From Clostridia bacterium (lineage in GTDB: Bacteria > Bacillota > Clostridia > TANB77 > CAG-508), in the NCBI GenBank assembly GCA_017528085.1, contig JAFXPH010000014.1, positions 4,487-36,486 of the forward strand: DNA of 32,000 nucleotides, in the 5' to 3' direction. Of the stretch, positions 18,887 to 27,951 are shown in pieces (position 1 is the first letter of the stretch; each line of letters starts with the position of its first letter). The position numbers and the translations under genes are program-made. The notes beneath the pieces are model-generated. The model worked only from the letters and a program-made list of their open reading frames with translations. It made no database searches and had not been told where the DNA came from.

Positions 18887-19610
18887 AAACCTTTTAAAGA
18901 AATGTATATTCCTTGTTGTTATGGCGCTTATCATTTTTGCAGTATTATTAATAGTAGTAAGATATGAAGTGGAAGGCGAGAAGGAAATGCCTTTTGATTT
19001 ATCAAAAATATTAATAGTAAGTTCAGTAAATGGAAATCTAAATGAAGATAGTGAAAATATTTGGAATATCAGTGTAAGTGAAACAAATGATATTTATATT
19101 TATATAGATAGAGATGAAGGTTCTAAAGAACTTATTAAAAGTGTTTCATTAGAAAACTTTGATATAGAAAATCTAACATCTACAGAAAGAGATTATAAAA
19201 TCTATAGACCAACAGGTGAGATGGAAAATCTTTATTCAAAAAGTGAAGCTGATTACAAAGAAAATGTAATCTCTTATCAAGGTTCTAAGATTGATGATTT
19301 AAAAGCATTAGAAGTATCTAACATTGGTGGAATGGTTGCTTTTAGATTCTCAGAAGAAAATCTTGGAACATTTACATCAAATGAAGAGGGACTAGAAATC
19401 CATTATGATGGAAACTTACTTACAAACTTAGGAATTACAGTTGATGATGTTAAAGCAAAACTTGGCTTTGATATTATAATCGAGACAGTAAGTGGTATCA
19501 AATATAAAGGAACTGTAGAAGTAACAGTACCAGGAGATGATTTAATAACTAATGGATCATCTACAATTGAACTTACAAATTTTGATGAAGTTATATTTAA
19601 AAGAGTATAA
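18876..19610 (+). CDS. Hypothetical N-terminally membrane-anchored protein
   Basis: 244 aa. Overlaps the tadA 3' end by 11 nt. TM segment CIFLVVMALIIFAVLLIVV, then a polar beta-rich domain. No family recognised. Confidence 0.6.
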   Translation: MKSKNLLKKCIFLVVMALIIFAVLLIVVRYEVEGEKEMPFDLSKILIVSSVNGNLNEDSENIWNISVSETNDIYIYIDRDEGSKELIKSVSLENFDIENLTSTERDYKIYRPTGEMENLYSKSEADYKENVISYQGSKIDDLKALEVSNIGGMVAFRFSEENLGTFTSNEEGLEIHYDGNLLTNLGITVDDVKAKLGFDIIIETVSGIKYKGTVEVTVPGDDLITNGSSTIELTNFDEVIFKRV

Positions 19611-19618
19611 TAAATATG

Positions 19619-19647
19619 TTGCAAATTATAGCAATTCATTATATAAT
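19619..19647 (+). promoter_or_regulatory. Sigma-A type promoter for SRP RNA
   Basis: TTGCAA (19619-19624), 17 nt, TATAAT (19642-19647). Confidence 0.65.
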
Positions 19648-19654
19648 TCAAATA

Positions 19655-19790
19655 GAATTTTAGTGGCTTTTCTTAAGGAAGGTATGCTTCAATAAAAAGC
19701 TATGAATCTCGTCAGGTTCGGAAGAAAGCAGCGATAAGTAGTGTATTTATGTGAAACCGCATGCCTTCCTTAAGGAAAGCCTAATTTGTT
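19655..19790 (+). ncRNA. ffs: Signal recognition particle RNA, small (4.5S-like) type; ends approximate
   Basis: Conserved domain IV core CGTCAGGTTCGGAAGAAAGCAGCG (about 19709-19732) closely matches the bacterial GUCAGGUCCGGAAGGAAGCAGC motif with its GGAA tetraloop. It is closed by a long helix, GGCTTTTCTTAAGGAAGGTATGC (19665-19687) pairing with GCATGCCTTCCTTAAGGAAAGCC (19759-19781). Conserved position between tadA and dnaX. Confidence 0.88.
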
Positions 19791-19805
19791 ATATGGAGGT
19801 TAGAT

Positions 19806-21398
19806 GTGTCTTATACAGCGTTATATAGGAAATATAGACCTTTAAAATTTAGTGATATGATTGGTCAAGACCATATTACTAAGACTTTAAAAAATCAAAT
19901 AGTATCTGATAGAGTAGGTCATGCGTACCTATTTACAGGTGGTAGAGGAACAGGTAAAACTACATCTGCTAAAATCTTAGCAAGAGCAGTTAACTGCTTA
20001 AATCCAAAAGATGGAGAACCTTGCAATGAGTGTGAAATATGTAAAGGAATCTTAGCAGAATCAGTTCCAGATGTTGTTGAAATGGATGCTGCATCTTCTA
20101 ATAGTGTTGATGATATTAGACAAATTAAAGATGAAGTTAATTTCTTGCCAACAGTAGCAAAATATAGAGTATACATTATTGATGAGGTTCATATGTTATC
20201 TACAGCAGCATTTAATGCGCTTTTAAAAACATTAGAAGAACCACCAGCACATGTTAAATTTATATTAGCTACAACAGAACCACAAAAGATACCAACAACA
20301 ATCTTATCTAGATGTCAAAGATTTGACTTTAAGAAGATTAAAGAAAAAGATATCTATGAAGGTTTAAGAAGAATTAAAGAGGGATCAAAAATTCCGATTA
20401 CAGATGAAGCTTTGAACCTAATATCAATTTTAGCAGATGGAGCAATGAGAGATGGTATTTCAATACTTGAAAGATGTGCTCAAGAAGATTTTGATAAAAT
20501 TGATGTTCAAGATATTAAAGATTTAGTTGGACTTTCATCTACTGAAAGTATAAATGCTATCGCAAATGATTTAGCAGATAAAGATGAAGTAAAAGCTATA
20601 GAAGACTTAGAAAAGATACTAAATGACGGTAAAGATATAACAAATTTTGTATGGGAACTTATTAAGTATTTTAAAGATTTACTTGTATATAAAGTTACAA
20701 AAAGAGCTGATTTATATTCTGAATCAGAAAAAGAATTAATGAATGCTCTTTCAGAAAAATTTGAGAAGGATAGACTTTTAAATATTATATATGTTCTTTC
20801 AGAAACAGAAAATGATATAAGAAGAGCTTCTCAAAAGACAATTCTTTTAGAAGTAACACTTATTAAACTTTGTTCTGATATGCCAGAAGGGGCAACAACT
20901 TCTTCATCTGGTTCAGATTTATTAAAGAGATTTGAATTATTAGAAGAAGAGATAAAGAAACTAAAGGAACAAAGAATAAATTTTCATTATGAGGAAAAAC
21001 GAATAGGCGACGAAAAGTACGCTGAAGAACCACTTTTAGAAGAAAAAGAAGAAAAACCAAAAATGGTTTTTAAACCTGGCAAAGCAGGTGATGCTTGGCT
21101 TAATATATTAAAAACATTAAAAGAAGACAAAAAGATGAGACTTTATACAACACTTTTAAATACTAAAGTAAATGAGTTATCTGATGATGTTTGGGAAATA
21201 TATTTTGTAGAAGGGTTTACAGATTACTTTAAAGCAGTTTTAAATGATCCTTTAGAGAAAGAAACACTTAAGAAAGAGATAGTAAAAACTATTGGACAAG
21301 AAGTACTTCTTAAATTTAAAGGAGTAGAAAAAGCGAAAACAAAAAATGGTAAAGAAGATTTAAATTCTTTAGACATAGATGTAAGAATTATTGAATAA
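19806..21398 (+). CDS. dnaX: DNA polymerase III subunit gamma/tau
   Basis: 530 aa. Starts at a GTG 6 nt after a GGAGG. ALYRKYRP, Walker A GGRGTGKTT, Zn module CNECEICK, DEAD-like IIDEVHML, SRC motif LSRCQRF. Confidence 0.97.
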   Translation: MSYTALYRKYRPLKFSDMIGQDHITKTLKNQIVSDRVGHAYLFTGGRGTGKTTSAKILARAVNCLNPKDGEPCNECEICKGILAESVPDVVEMDAASSNSVDDIRQIKDEVNFLPTVAKYRVYIIDEVHMLSTAAFNALLKTLEEPPAHVKFILATTEPQKIPTTILSRCQRFDFKKIKEKDIYEGLRRIKEGSKIPITDEALNLISILADGAMRDGISILERCAQEDFDKIDVQDIKDLVGLSSTESINAIANDLADKDEVKAIEDLEKILNDGKDITNFVWELIKYFKDLLVYKVTKRADLYSESEKELMNALSEKFEKDRLLNIIYVLSETENDIRRASQKTILLEVTLIKLCSDMPEGATTSSSGSDLLKRFELLEEEIKKLKEQRINFHYEEKRIGDEKYAEEPLLEEKEEKPKMVFKPGKAGDAWLNILKTLKEDKKMRLYTTLLNTKVNELSDDVWEIYFVEGFTDYFKAVLNDPLEKETLKKEIVKTIGQEVLLKFKGVEKAKTKNGKEDLNSLDIDVRIIE

Positions 21399-21413
21399 TA
21401 GGAGGAGAAAGTA

Positions 21414-21755
21414 ATGTCAAGAAGAGGCGGATTTCCAGGAGGAATGAATTTCGGAGGAATGGATATCAATAAATTAATGAAAGAAGCTAAAAAGATGCAA
21501 GCTGATATTGAAAAATCACAAGCAGAGATTGGAGAAAAAGAATTTTCTGCAACAGCTGGTGGTGGAGTAATTGAAGTTGTAGTTAGTGGAGCAAAAGTTA
21601 TCAAAAGTATCAAAATAGAAAAAGATGCTGTTGATCCAGATGATGTAGAAATGCTTCAAGATTTAATAATTACTTGTGTAAATGAAGCTTTAAGAAAAGT
21701 AGATGACGCACAAGCTCAAGAAATGGGAAAATATAATATTCCAGGATTAATGTAG
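21414..21755 (+). CDS. ybaB: Nucleoid-associated protein YbaB/EbfC (YaaK)
   Basis: 113 aa with the typical MNKLMKEAKKMQ...AGGGVIEVVVSG...I.IEKDAVDPDD.EMLQDLI pattern. Conserved dnaX-ybaB-recR order. Confidence 0.95.
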   Translation: MSRRGGFPGGMNFGGMDINKLMKEAKKMQADIEKSQAEIGEKEFSATAGGGVIEVVVSGAKVIKSIKIEKDAVDPDDVEMLQDLIITCVNEALRKVDDAQAQEMGKYNIPGLM

Positions 21756-21767
21756 AAGAGGTAACAA

Positions 21768-22367
21768 ATGTCTGTTTATTCACCATCAATAGAAAAGTTA
21801 ATAGAGAGTTTTGAAAAATTACCTAGTATAGGTCATAAAACAGCACAAAGATTAGCATTTTATATGTTAAATCAAACAGATGAAGAGATTAAAGAATTCA
21901 CAGATTCTATTACAAATGCTAAGAAAAATCTTAAATTCTGCAAAGAGTGCTTTTTTACATCTGACACAGATCCATGCTATATTTGCTCTAACCCAAAAAG
22001 AGATCATAGTACAATTTGTGTAGTAGAAGATGTTAAGGATGTTATTGCTATGGAAAGAACACATGAATATAGTGGTGTTTATCATGTTCTTCATGGTTCA
22101 ATTTCTCCAATGAAGGGTATTGGCCCAAATGATATAAAAGTTAAAGAACTTTTAAATAGAGTAATGACTGGAGAAATAAAAGAAATTATACTTGCAACAA
22201 ACCCAAGAGTTGAGGGAGAAGCTACTGCAATGTATATTTCAAAACTAGTAAAACCAATGGGAGTAAAAACAACACGTATAGCAAGAGGTATTCCAATTGG
22301 TGGCGACCTAGAATATACAGATGAAGTTACTCTAACAAAAGCGTTAGAAGGAAGAAGTGAAATATAA
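21768..22367 (+). CDS. recR: Recombination protein RecR
   Basis: 199 aa. HhH ([14 protein letters not shown]), C4 zinc finger (CKEC...CYIC), and a Toprim domain ([10 protein letters not shown]...[12 protein letters not shown]). Confidence 0.97.
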   Translation: MSVYSPSIEKLIESFEKLPSIGHKTAQRLAFYMLNQTDEEIKEFTDSITNAKKNLKFCKECFFTSDTDPCYICSNPKRDHSTICVVEDVKDVIAMERTHEYSGVYHVLHGSISPMKGIGPNDIKVKELLNRVMTGEIKEIILATNPRVEGEATAMYISKLVKPMGVKTTRIARGIPIGGDLEYTDEVTLTKALEGRSEI

Positions 22368-22376
22368 TTTTTTGTA

Positions 22377-22411
22377 AAAGAAAAAGATAGGTCTAAAACC
22401 TATCTTTTTTT
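22377..22411. terminator. Bidirectional terminator between recR and the convergent glycosyltransferase gene
   Basis: AAAGATAGG (22383-22391) / CCTATCTTT (22399-22407), flanked by A-rich and T-rich runs. Confidence 0.75.
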
Positions 22412-23537
22412 ATATTAATTTTAATACATTATCACAAATAAATTCTGTTGAATCTGGCTTACTTAAGATATCTATTGATTTTCCCATGTTTTCTATCTTG
22501 TCAGCCTTAAATAAGTACTTAATCGTTCTTGAAATATTATCTGAATCTTTTATTAATATAGCTACGTTATTATCAACTAAGAATTGAGCATTCTCTTCTT
22601 CTTGTCCGGGGATAGGATTTATTAATATTAGTGGCTTTTTAGAAGCTAGTGCTTCTGATACTGTAAGTCCACCTGGTTTAGTAACAATTGCTGTAGCTAT
22701 ATACATTAGTTCAGGAACTTTATCAGTATATTCTAATAATTTTACTCTATTTGAAGAATTTGTTTGATCAATTATTTTTTCAAATTTTGCTTTCATGTTT
22801 TTGTTTTTTCCAGAAATAGCAACAATTTGCATGTCTGGGAAAAGTCTAATAAATGTTCTGAAAAGAAGAAATGTTGTATTTCTTCCAAGACCAAATTCTC
22901 CGCCTGCAAAGAATAAAAGTGTTTTCTTGTTTTCATCTAATCCAAATGAATTGAATATTTCAGTTTTATTCTTTGGCTCTAAAAATCTTTTTGAAATTGG
23001 TATTCCTGAAACAAATATCTTGTCATCATCTATATTGTAACTAATCATATCCATCTTCATTTGTTCGTTTGCAACGAAGTAAACATCATTATATAGGTTA
23101 AGTACTAACCATTGTGGATGTATATGGTAGTCTGTAAGAATAGTTGCTAGCTTAAAATTAACTTTTTCTTTTTCTTTAAGATATGCACACATTGTTGTTG
23201 CAAATGGGTGAGTTGAAATAACAAGATCTGGTTTTTCCTCTTCAAGAAGTTTCTTAAGTTTTAAAGAAAGAATCTTGTTGTTAGTAGTACTTAGGAAAGC
23301 AAGGGCTCCAGATTTTGATTTGTTATAAACTCTTTTCCATACCCAAGGCATCTTTTTAGCAAATTCTTTGTATGCTTCAGTTGATACTTTATTTAAATGT
23401 TTATTGATGTATTCAATACAATCAATTATTTCTACATTAACATCTTGGTAGTTCTCTTGAAAATAAGTTTGTAACGTCTTTGCAGCAGATAGATGTCCAC
23501 CACCATATGAACCATAAAGTATTAATATTTTTTTCAT
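22410..23537 (-). CDS. MGDG-synthase-family glycosyltransferase (UgtP-like diacylglycerol glycosyltransferase, GT28)
   Basis: MKKILILYGSYGGGHLSAAKTL N-terminus and the C-terminal GT-B motif TKPGGLTVSEALASKKPLILINPIPGQEEENAQFL resemble UgtP / 1,2-diacylglycerol 3-glucosyltransferase. I use the ATG at 23537 with a GGGAGAA RBS, rather than the track's 23594. Confidence 0.8.
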   Translation of the reverse strand: MKKILILYGSYGGGHLSAAKTLQTYFQENYQDVNVEIIDCIEYINKHLNKVSTEAYKEFAKKMPWVWKRVYNKSKSGALAFLSTTNNKILSLKLKKLLEEEKPDLVISTHPFATTMCAYLKEKEKVNFKLATILTDYHIHPQWLVLNLYNDVYFVANEQMKMDMISYNIDDDKIFVSGIPISKRFLEPKNKTEIFNSFGLDENKKTLLFFAGGEFGLGRNTTFLLFRTFIRLFPDMQIVAISGKNKNMKAKFEKIIDQTNSSNRVKLLEYTDKVPELMYIATAIVTKPGGLTVSEALASKKPLILINPIPGQEEENAQFLVDNNVAILIKDSDNISRTIKYLFKADKIENMGKSIDILSKPDSTEFICDNVLKLI

Positions 23538-23758
23538 AATTTTTTCTCCCATAAACAGTAAACCTATTATAGCATGAAATAAATTAATTAACAACTTACA
23601 TTATTATAAGAAGAAAATAACCCATTTTATACCATTAATTGTTCCCCAAATATTGAAATTGTAACGATTTTGTTATATTATATACCAAGAAAAGAAACTG
23701 ATAATTTTATTAAATTGTAGTAAAAATGCTTTTAAAGCAAGTAATAGGAGGAAGGATT

Positions 23759-24517
23759 TTGCAAGTTAAAATAGGTAATTCAAATATTTATTATGAAGTA
23801 CTTGGCGAAGGAAACCCAGTTATACTACTTCATGGATGGCTTACTGACATGGAAACTATGAGACCAATCGCAAATTCTTTGATGCAAAACTTCAAAGTTT
23901 ACCTAGTAGATGTTATTGGATTTGGAAAAAGTGATCTTTTAACTAAACCAATCAATACTGATGAATATGGTGACTTCTTAAATGAATTTTGTAAAGAATT
24001 AAAGATTGAAAACCCAATCTTAATTGGTCACTCAAATGGTGGAAGAATTATTATTAATGCAGTAGGAAGAAAACTTGTTGAACCAAGAAAGATTGTTCTA
24101 ATTGATTCTGCAGGTCTTAAACCTAAAAGACCACTTACATACTATATTAAAGTTGGCATAGCTAAATGTGGAAAAGCTGTTCTTAATATTTTACCAGTTT
24201 CAAAAGAGAGTAAAGAAAAAATAAGAAACAAATTTGGATCTTCAGATTATAAAGCTTCAAGTGAAGTACTAAAAGAAACTATGAAGACTATATTAAGTGA
24301 AGACCAAACAGAAAACTTAAAAAATATTTCTGTTCCAACTCTTTTAATTTGGGGCAGATATGACACAGCAACACCAATTGCAGATGGAAGAAAAATGGAA
24401 AAACTTATTGACAATGCAGGACTTGTTGAATACCCAAACGGTACACATTTTTCATATCTAGAGAATATCCAAAACTGCAATATTGTGTTAAATGAATTTT
24501 TAAAAAATGATAAGTAA
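23759..24517 (+). CDS. Alpha/beta-fold hydrolase
   Basis: HGW oxyanion motif (VILLHGWL) and nucleophile elbow GHSNGG, with a late Asp and His (YDTATP, NGTHF). The AGGAGG at 23746-23751 sits inside the track's 23726 ORF and serves the TTG at 23759, so the true start is probably 23759. The ATG at 23726 cannot be excluded. Confidence 0.8.
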   Translation: MQVKIGNSNIYYEVLGEGNPVILLHGWLTDMETMRPIANSLMQNFKVYLVDVIGFGKSDLLTKPINTDEYGDFLNEFCKELKIENPILIGHSNGGRIIINAVGRKLVEPRKIVLIDSAGLKPKRPLTYYIKVGIAKCGKAVLNILPVSKESKEKIRNKFGSSDYKASSEVLKETMKTILSEDQTENLKNISVPTLLIWGRYDTATPIADGRKMEKLIDNAGLVEYPNGTHFSYLENIQNCNIVLNEFLKNDK

Positions 24518-24532
24518 GGATGGATTTTAAAA

Positions 24533-26095
24533 ATGATGATAGCACTATTAAATGTAAGTTTGTTTTTCTTACTAATTTATTGCTATAGAAGAGTAAGACA
24601 TGGATATCATATCTTACAATTAGAAAACTATTATAATGACAGATATGCTCATTGGATGAGACTAAACTTAAAGAAAGTGTTAGATATAAAATCAATTATT
24701 CTATTCATTTTTCCAATAGTCCTTGTTTATATGGGCGAAGAAAAAATTGCACTAATAGCTGAAATAATTGTACTTATAGTACTAAGCTTGTTATTTAGAA
24801 GATCAAAGGAAAAGAAAGCCTTTGTTGTAACAGCTAGAATAAAGAGAATGTATATAACAAATTTAATAATGTTCTTCATAATAGGACTTTTATTAAATAC
24901 TCTTGATTTAAAAGTAATGATTATTGCCCTTAATGTAGTAGCAATTCTATCATATGTATTAGTTTATTTAACAAACTTAATTAATAGACCAATTGAAAAT
25001 GCAATTAGAGCTAAATTTGCTAGAAGAGCAAAGAAAGCTTTAAAAGGAATTCCAAACTTAAAAGTAATTGGAATTACAGGAAGTTATGGAAAAACAAGTA
25101 CAAAATATGCGGTAAATACAATTTTATCTCAAAAATATAATACACTTATGACACCAGAAAGTTATAACACAACTATGGGTGTAGTAAGAACAATTAATGA
25201 AAAGTTAAGTCCTATGCACCAATTATTTATTTGTGAAATGGGTGCTAAATATATAGGTGACATTAAAGAAATAACAGATATTGTTGAACCTACATATGGT
25301 ATTCTAACAGCTATAGGACCACAACACTTAGATACATTTAAGACATTAGAGAATGTATCTAAAGCAAAACTTGAACTTGTTGATTCACTTCCAGATGACG
25401 GAGTTGCATTTGTCAACTGGGAAGATGAAAATATTAGAAAAGTAAAATTTACTAAAAAGATAGTTAAATACGGTTTAAATAGTAAAGCTGATTATTATGC
25501 AACTAACATCGAAATCACAGAAAGAGGTTCTGTATTTGATGTTGTTCTTAAAGGTAAAGATAAGATTTCTATTAAAACTAAACTTCTAGGAAAACTAAAT
25601 ATTCTAAATATAGTTGCAGCTATTGCAGTTGGTGATTATTTAGGACTTTCTGAAGAGGAAATTAAGACAGGTGTTAAATTCTTAAGACCTGTTAAACATA
25701 GATTAGAAATGAAACAAAACCCTAATGGAAGTATAACAATTGATGATGCTTATAACTCAAATGTTAGAGGTGCTTCAATGGCTTTAGAAGTTTTAAAGAA
25801 CTTCAAGGGTAGAAACAGAATTCTAATCACACCAGGTATCGTAGAACTTGGTGACAAAGGTGCAGAATATAACAAAGAATTTGGTAAAGAAGCTGCACAA
25901 AGTGCTGATTTTATAATACTTGTTGGAGCAAAACAAGCTGTTCCAATTTATGAAGGAATAAAAGCTAAAAAGTATCCACAAAGTAAGGTATATATTGCGG
26001 AAAATTTAGATGAAGCATTAAAGAAAATGAATGAAATTATGGATGGAAATTCAGTTATTCTTTTCGAAAATGATTTACCAGATAACTATTTATAA
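24533..26095 (+). CDS. murF: MurF-family Mur ligase (UDP-MurNAc-tripeptide--D-Ala-D-Ala ligase-like) fused to a ~170-aa N-terminal polytopic membrane domain
   Basis: From about residue 175: P-loop GITGSYGKTSTKY, NTTMG, EMGAKYIGDI, TAIGPQHLD, HRLE, DDAYNSN, and ITPGIVELGD, matching the MurF central and C-terminal domains. Residues 1-165 contain about five hydrophobic helices in place of the soluble MurF domain 1. Confidence 0.75.
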   Translation: MMIALLNVSLFFLLIYCYRRVRHGYHILQLENYYNDRYAHWMRLNLKKVLDIKSIILFIFPIVLVYMGEEKIALIAEIIVLIVLSLLFRRSKEKKAFVVTARIKRMYITNLIMFFIIGLLLNTLDLKVMIIALNVVAILSYVLVYLTNLINRPIENAIRAKFARRAKKALKGIPNLKVIGITGSYGKTSTKYAVNTILSQKYNTLMTPESYNTTMGVVRTINEKLSPMHQLFICEMGAKYIGDIKEITDIVEPTYGILTAIGPQHLDTFKTLENVSKAKLELVDSLPDDGVAFVNWEDENIRKVKFTKKIVKYGLNSKADYYATNIEITERGSVFDVVLKGKDKISIKTKLLGKLNILNIVAAIAVGDYLGLSEEEIKTGVKFLRPVKHRLEMKQNPNGSITIDDAYNSNVRGASMALEVLKNFKGRNRILITPGIVELGDKGAEYNKEFGKEAAQSADFIILVGAKQAVPIYEGIKAKKYPQSKVYIAENLDEALKKMNEIMDGNSVILFENDLPDNYL

Positions 26096-26116
26096 TAATA
26101 AAAGAGGTGTTAGAAT

Positions 26117-27373
26117 ATGAAAATAAAATTAGGAGTATTTTTTGGAGGAAACTCAGTAGAACATGAGATTTCAATTATTACAATGATCCAAGCTATGGAG
26201 GGTATTAATGAAGAAAAATATGAAATAGTACCTATTTATATTTCAAAAAGTGGAAGAATGTATACAGGTGATGACTTATTAGACTTAGAACAATTCAAAG
26301 ATATGGATGTTCTTCTAAAAAGATGTTATCAAGTAACTATAGTAAACGATGGAGATTCAGTAAAAGTTGTTAGATTCCCATCACCAATAATTGGAAAGAA
26401 AGTATTAAATACGATAGATATAGCATTCCCAATTGTACATGGTACTAACGTAGAAGATGGAACTTTAGCTGGATACTTAAATATGTTTAATATTCCAATA
26501 GTTGGACCAGATGTTTTAGCTTCTGCTTTAGGTATGGACAAAATAGTTATGAAAAAAGTACTACATGAGGCAGGAATCCCAATAGTTAACTATGTTGGAT
26601 TCTATTCAAATGAATACATTAAAGACGAAGATGAAATAATTGATAGAATAGAGAAAAAATTAAGATATCCATTAATCACAAAACCTGCTAACTCAGGTTC
26701 AAGTGTTGGTATCAAAAAATCTAAAAATAGAGCAGAATTACAAGAAAATATTGAATTTGCTATGGAATTCTCAGACAGAATTATTGTTGAAAATGCTGTA
26801 GAGAACCTACAAGAAATTAACTGCTCAGTAATAGGAAATATTACTGATTCTGAAGCTTCAGTTTGTGAAGAACCATTCTTTTCAGATGAAATATTAAGCT
26901 ATTCAGATAAATATTTAGGAGGATCTAAATCTGCAAAAGGTGGAGCAAAAGGAGCTCCAACTAAGGCTCAATCTCATGGAAAAGGTATGGCTGCATCTGA
27001 TAAGAAATTACCTGCAGATATTCCTGATGAAACAAGAGATAGAATACAAGATTTAACAAAGCAAACATTCAAAGCTTTAGGATGTGCAGGAGTTGCAAGA
27101 GTTGACTTCCTTATTGATAAAGACACAAATGAAATTTTTGTTAATGAAATCAATACTATTCCAGGAGCACTTTCATATTATCTATGGGAAGCTTCAGGAA
27201 AAACAGTAGAAGAAGAGATGGAACAAATTATAGATATAGCTATAAAAAGACATAATGCAAAAGAAAAATTAACTTTCTCATATGATGAAAACATCTTAGC
27301 AATGCAAGCTAAAGGCGGAGCAAAAGGTGGAAAAATGAAAATGGGAACGAAAGGTGTAAAAGCAAATAAGTAA
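26117..27373 (+). CDS. ddl: D-alanine--D-alanine ligase family ATP-grasp enzyme with a Lys/Gly-rich loop insertion and C-terminal tail
   Basis: 418 aa. N-terminus VFFGGNSVEHEISI, HGTNVEDGTLAGYL, ATP-grasp PLITKPANSGSSVGI, EINCSVIGN, ARVDFLID...FVNEINTIPG. About 25 extra residues (SKSAKGGAKGAPTKAQSHGKGMAAS) follow SDKYLGG, and a basic tail (AKGGAKGGKMKMGTKGVKANK) ends the protein. Confidence 0.82.
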   Translation: MKIKLGVFFGGNSVEHEISIITMIQAMEGINEEKYEIVPIYISKSGRMYTGDDLLDLEQFKDMDVLLKRCYQVTIVNDGDSVKVVRFPSPIIGKKVLNTIDIAFPIVHGTNVEDGTLAGYLNMFNIPIVGPDVLASALGMDKIVMKKVLHEAGIPIVNYVGFYSNEYIKDEDEIIDRIEKKLRYPLITKPANSGSSVGIKKSKNRAELQENIEFAMEFSDRIIVENAVENLQEINCSVIGNITDSEASVCEEPFFSDEILSYSDKYLGGSKSAKGGAKGAPTKAQSHGKGMAASDKKLPADIPDETRDRIQDLTKQTFKALGCAGVARVDFLIDKDTNEIFVNEINTIPGALSYYLWEASGKTVEEEMEQIIDIAIKRHNAKEKLTFSYDENILAMQAKGGAKGGKMKMGTKGVKANK

Positions 27374-27945
27374 TGGTTAGGTTAGAAGATGCAATGGAAA
27401 GAGTACAAGATACTCTTTCACCAAAAAGATATGAACATTCAGTAAATGTTATGAAAAAGTGCGAAGAATATGCGGCTATCTATGGTGCTGATGTAGAACT
27501 TTGCAAACTTATGGGAATATTACATGATGTTGGTAAAGAATTATCTAAAGAAGAAAAAGTTAAGTATTGTAGAGATAATAAAATACCAATTGATGAGATT
27601 GAACTTGAAAACCCAGGACTACTTCATGGAAAAATAGCGGCTGATATGGCTAAAAAAGAGTACAATCTTCCTAAAGAAGCACAAGATGCAATTATCTACC
27701 ACACAACTGGTAGAGCAAATATGACTATCTACGATAAGATACTATTTGTTGCAGATTCTACAAGTATTGACAGAAAATATGAAAATACTGATTATTTTAG
27801 ACATATAGCTAAAGAAGATTTAGATGAAGCTTGTATAGAAATCCTTAAATTTACTATAAAAGACAGGGTAGATGAAGGAAAACTACTTCACATTAATTCA
27901 GTTTATGCACTTAATTATTTGCTAAAAGAAAAAAATAATAAATAA
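27373..27945 (+). CDS. yqeK: HD-domain phosphohydrolase YqeK (bis(5'-nucleosyl)-tetraphosphatase family)
   Basis: 190 aa. RYEHSVNV...ILHDVGKE...LLHGKIAA...IIYHTTG...FVADS is the YqeK HD pattern. Its ATG overlaps the ddl stop (TAATG). Confidence 0.85.
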   Translation: MVRLEDAMERVQDTLSPKRYEHSVNVMKKCEEYAAIYGADVELCKLMGILHDVGKELSKEEKVKYCRDNKIPIDEIELENPGLLHGKIAADMAKKEYNLPKEAQDAIIYHTTGRANMTIYDKILFVADSTSIDRKYENTDYFRHIAKEDLDEACIEILKFTIKDRVDEGKLLHINSVYALNYLLKEKNNK

Positions 27946-27951
27946 TAAGTA

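Noticed and set aside
19806-21398. Possible programmed -1 frameshift site in dnaX (gamma versus tau)
   Set aside because: I looked for an A AAA AAG heptamer. Only shorter runs occur (GAAAAAG, CAAAAAG, and ACAAAAAATGG near 21340), none followed by an obvious stem-loop. There is no support for frameshifting.
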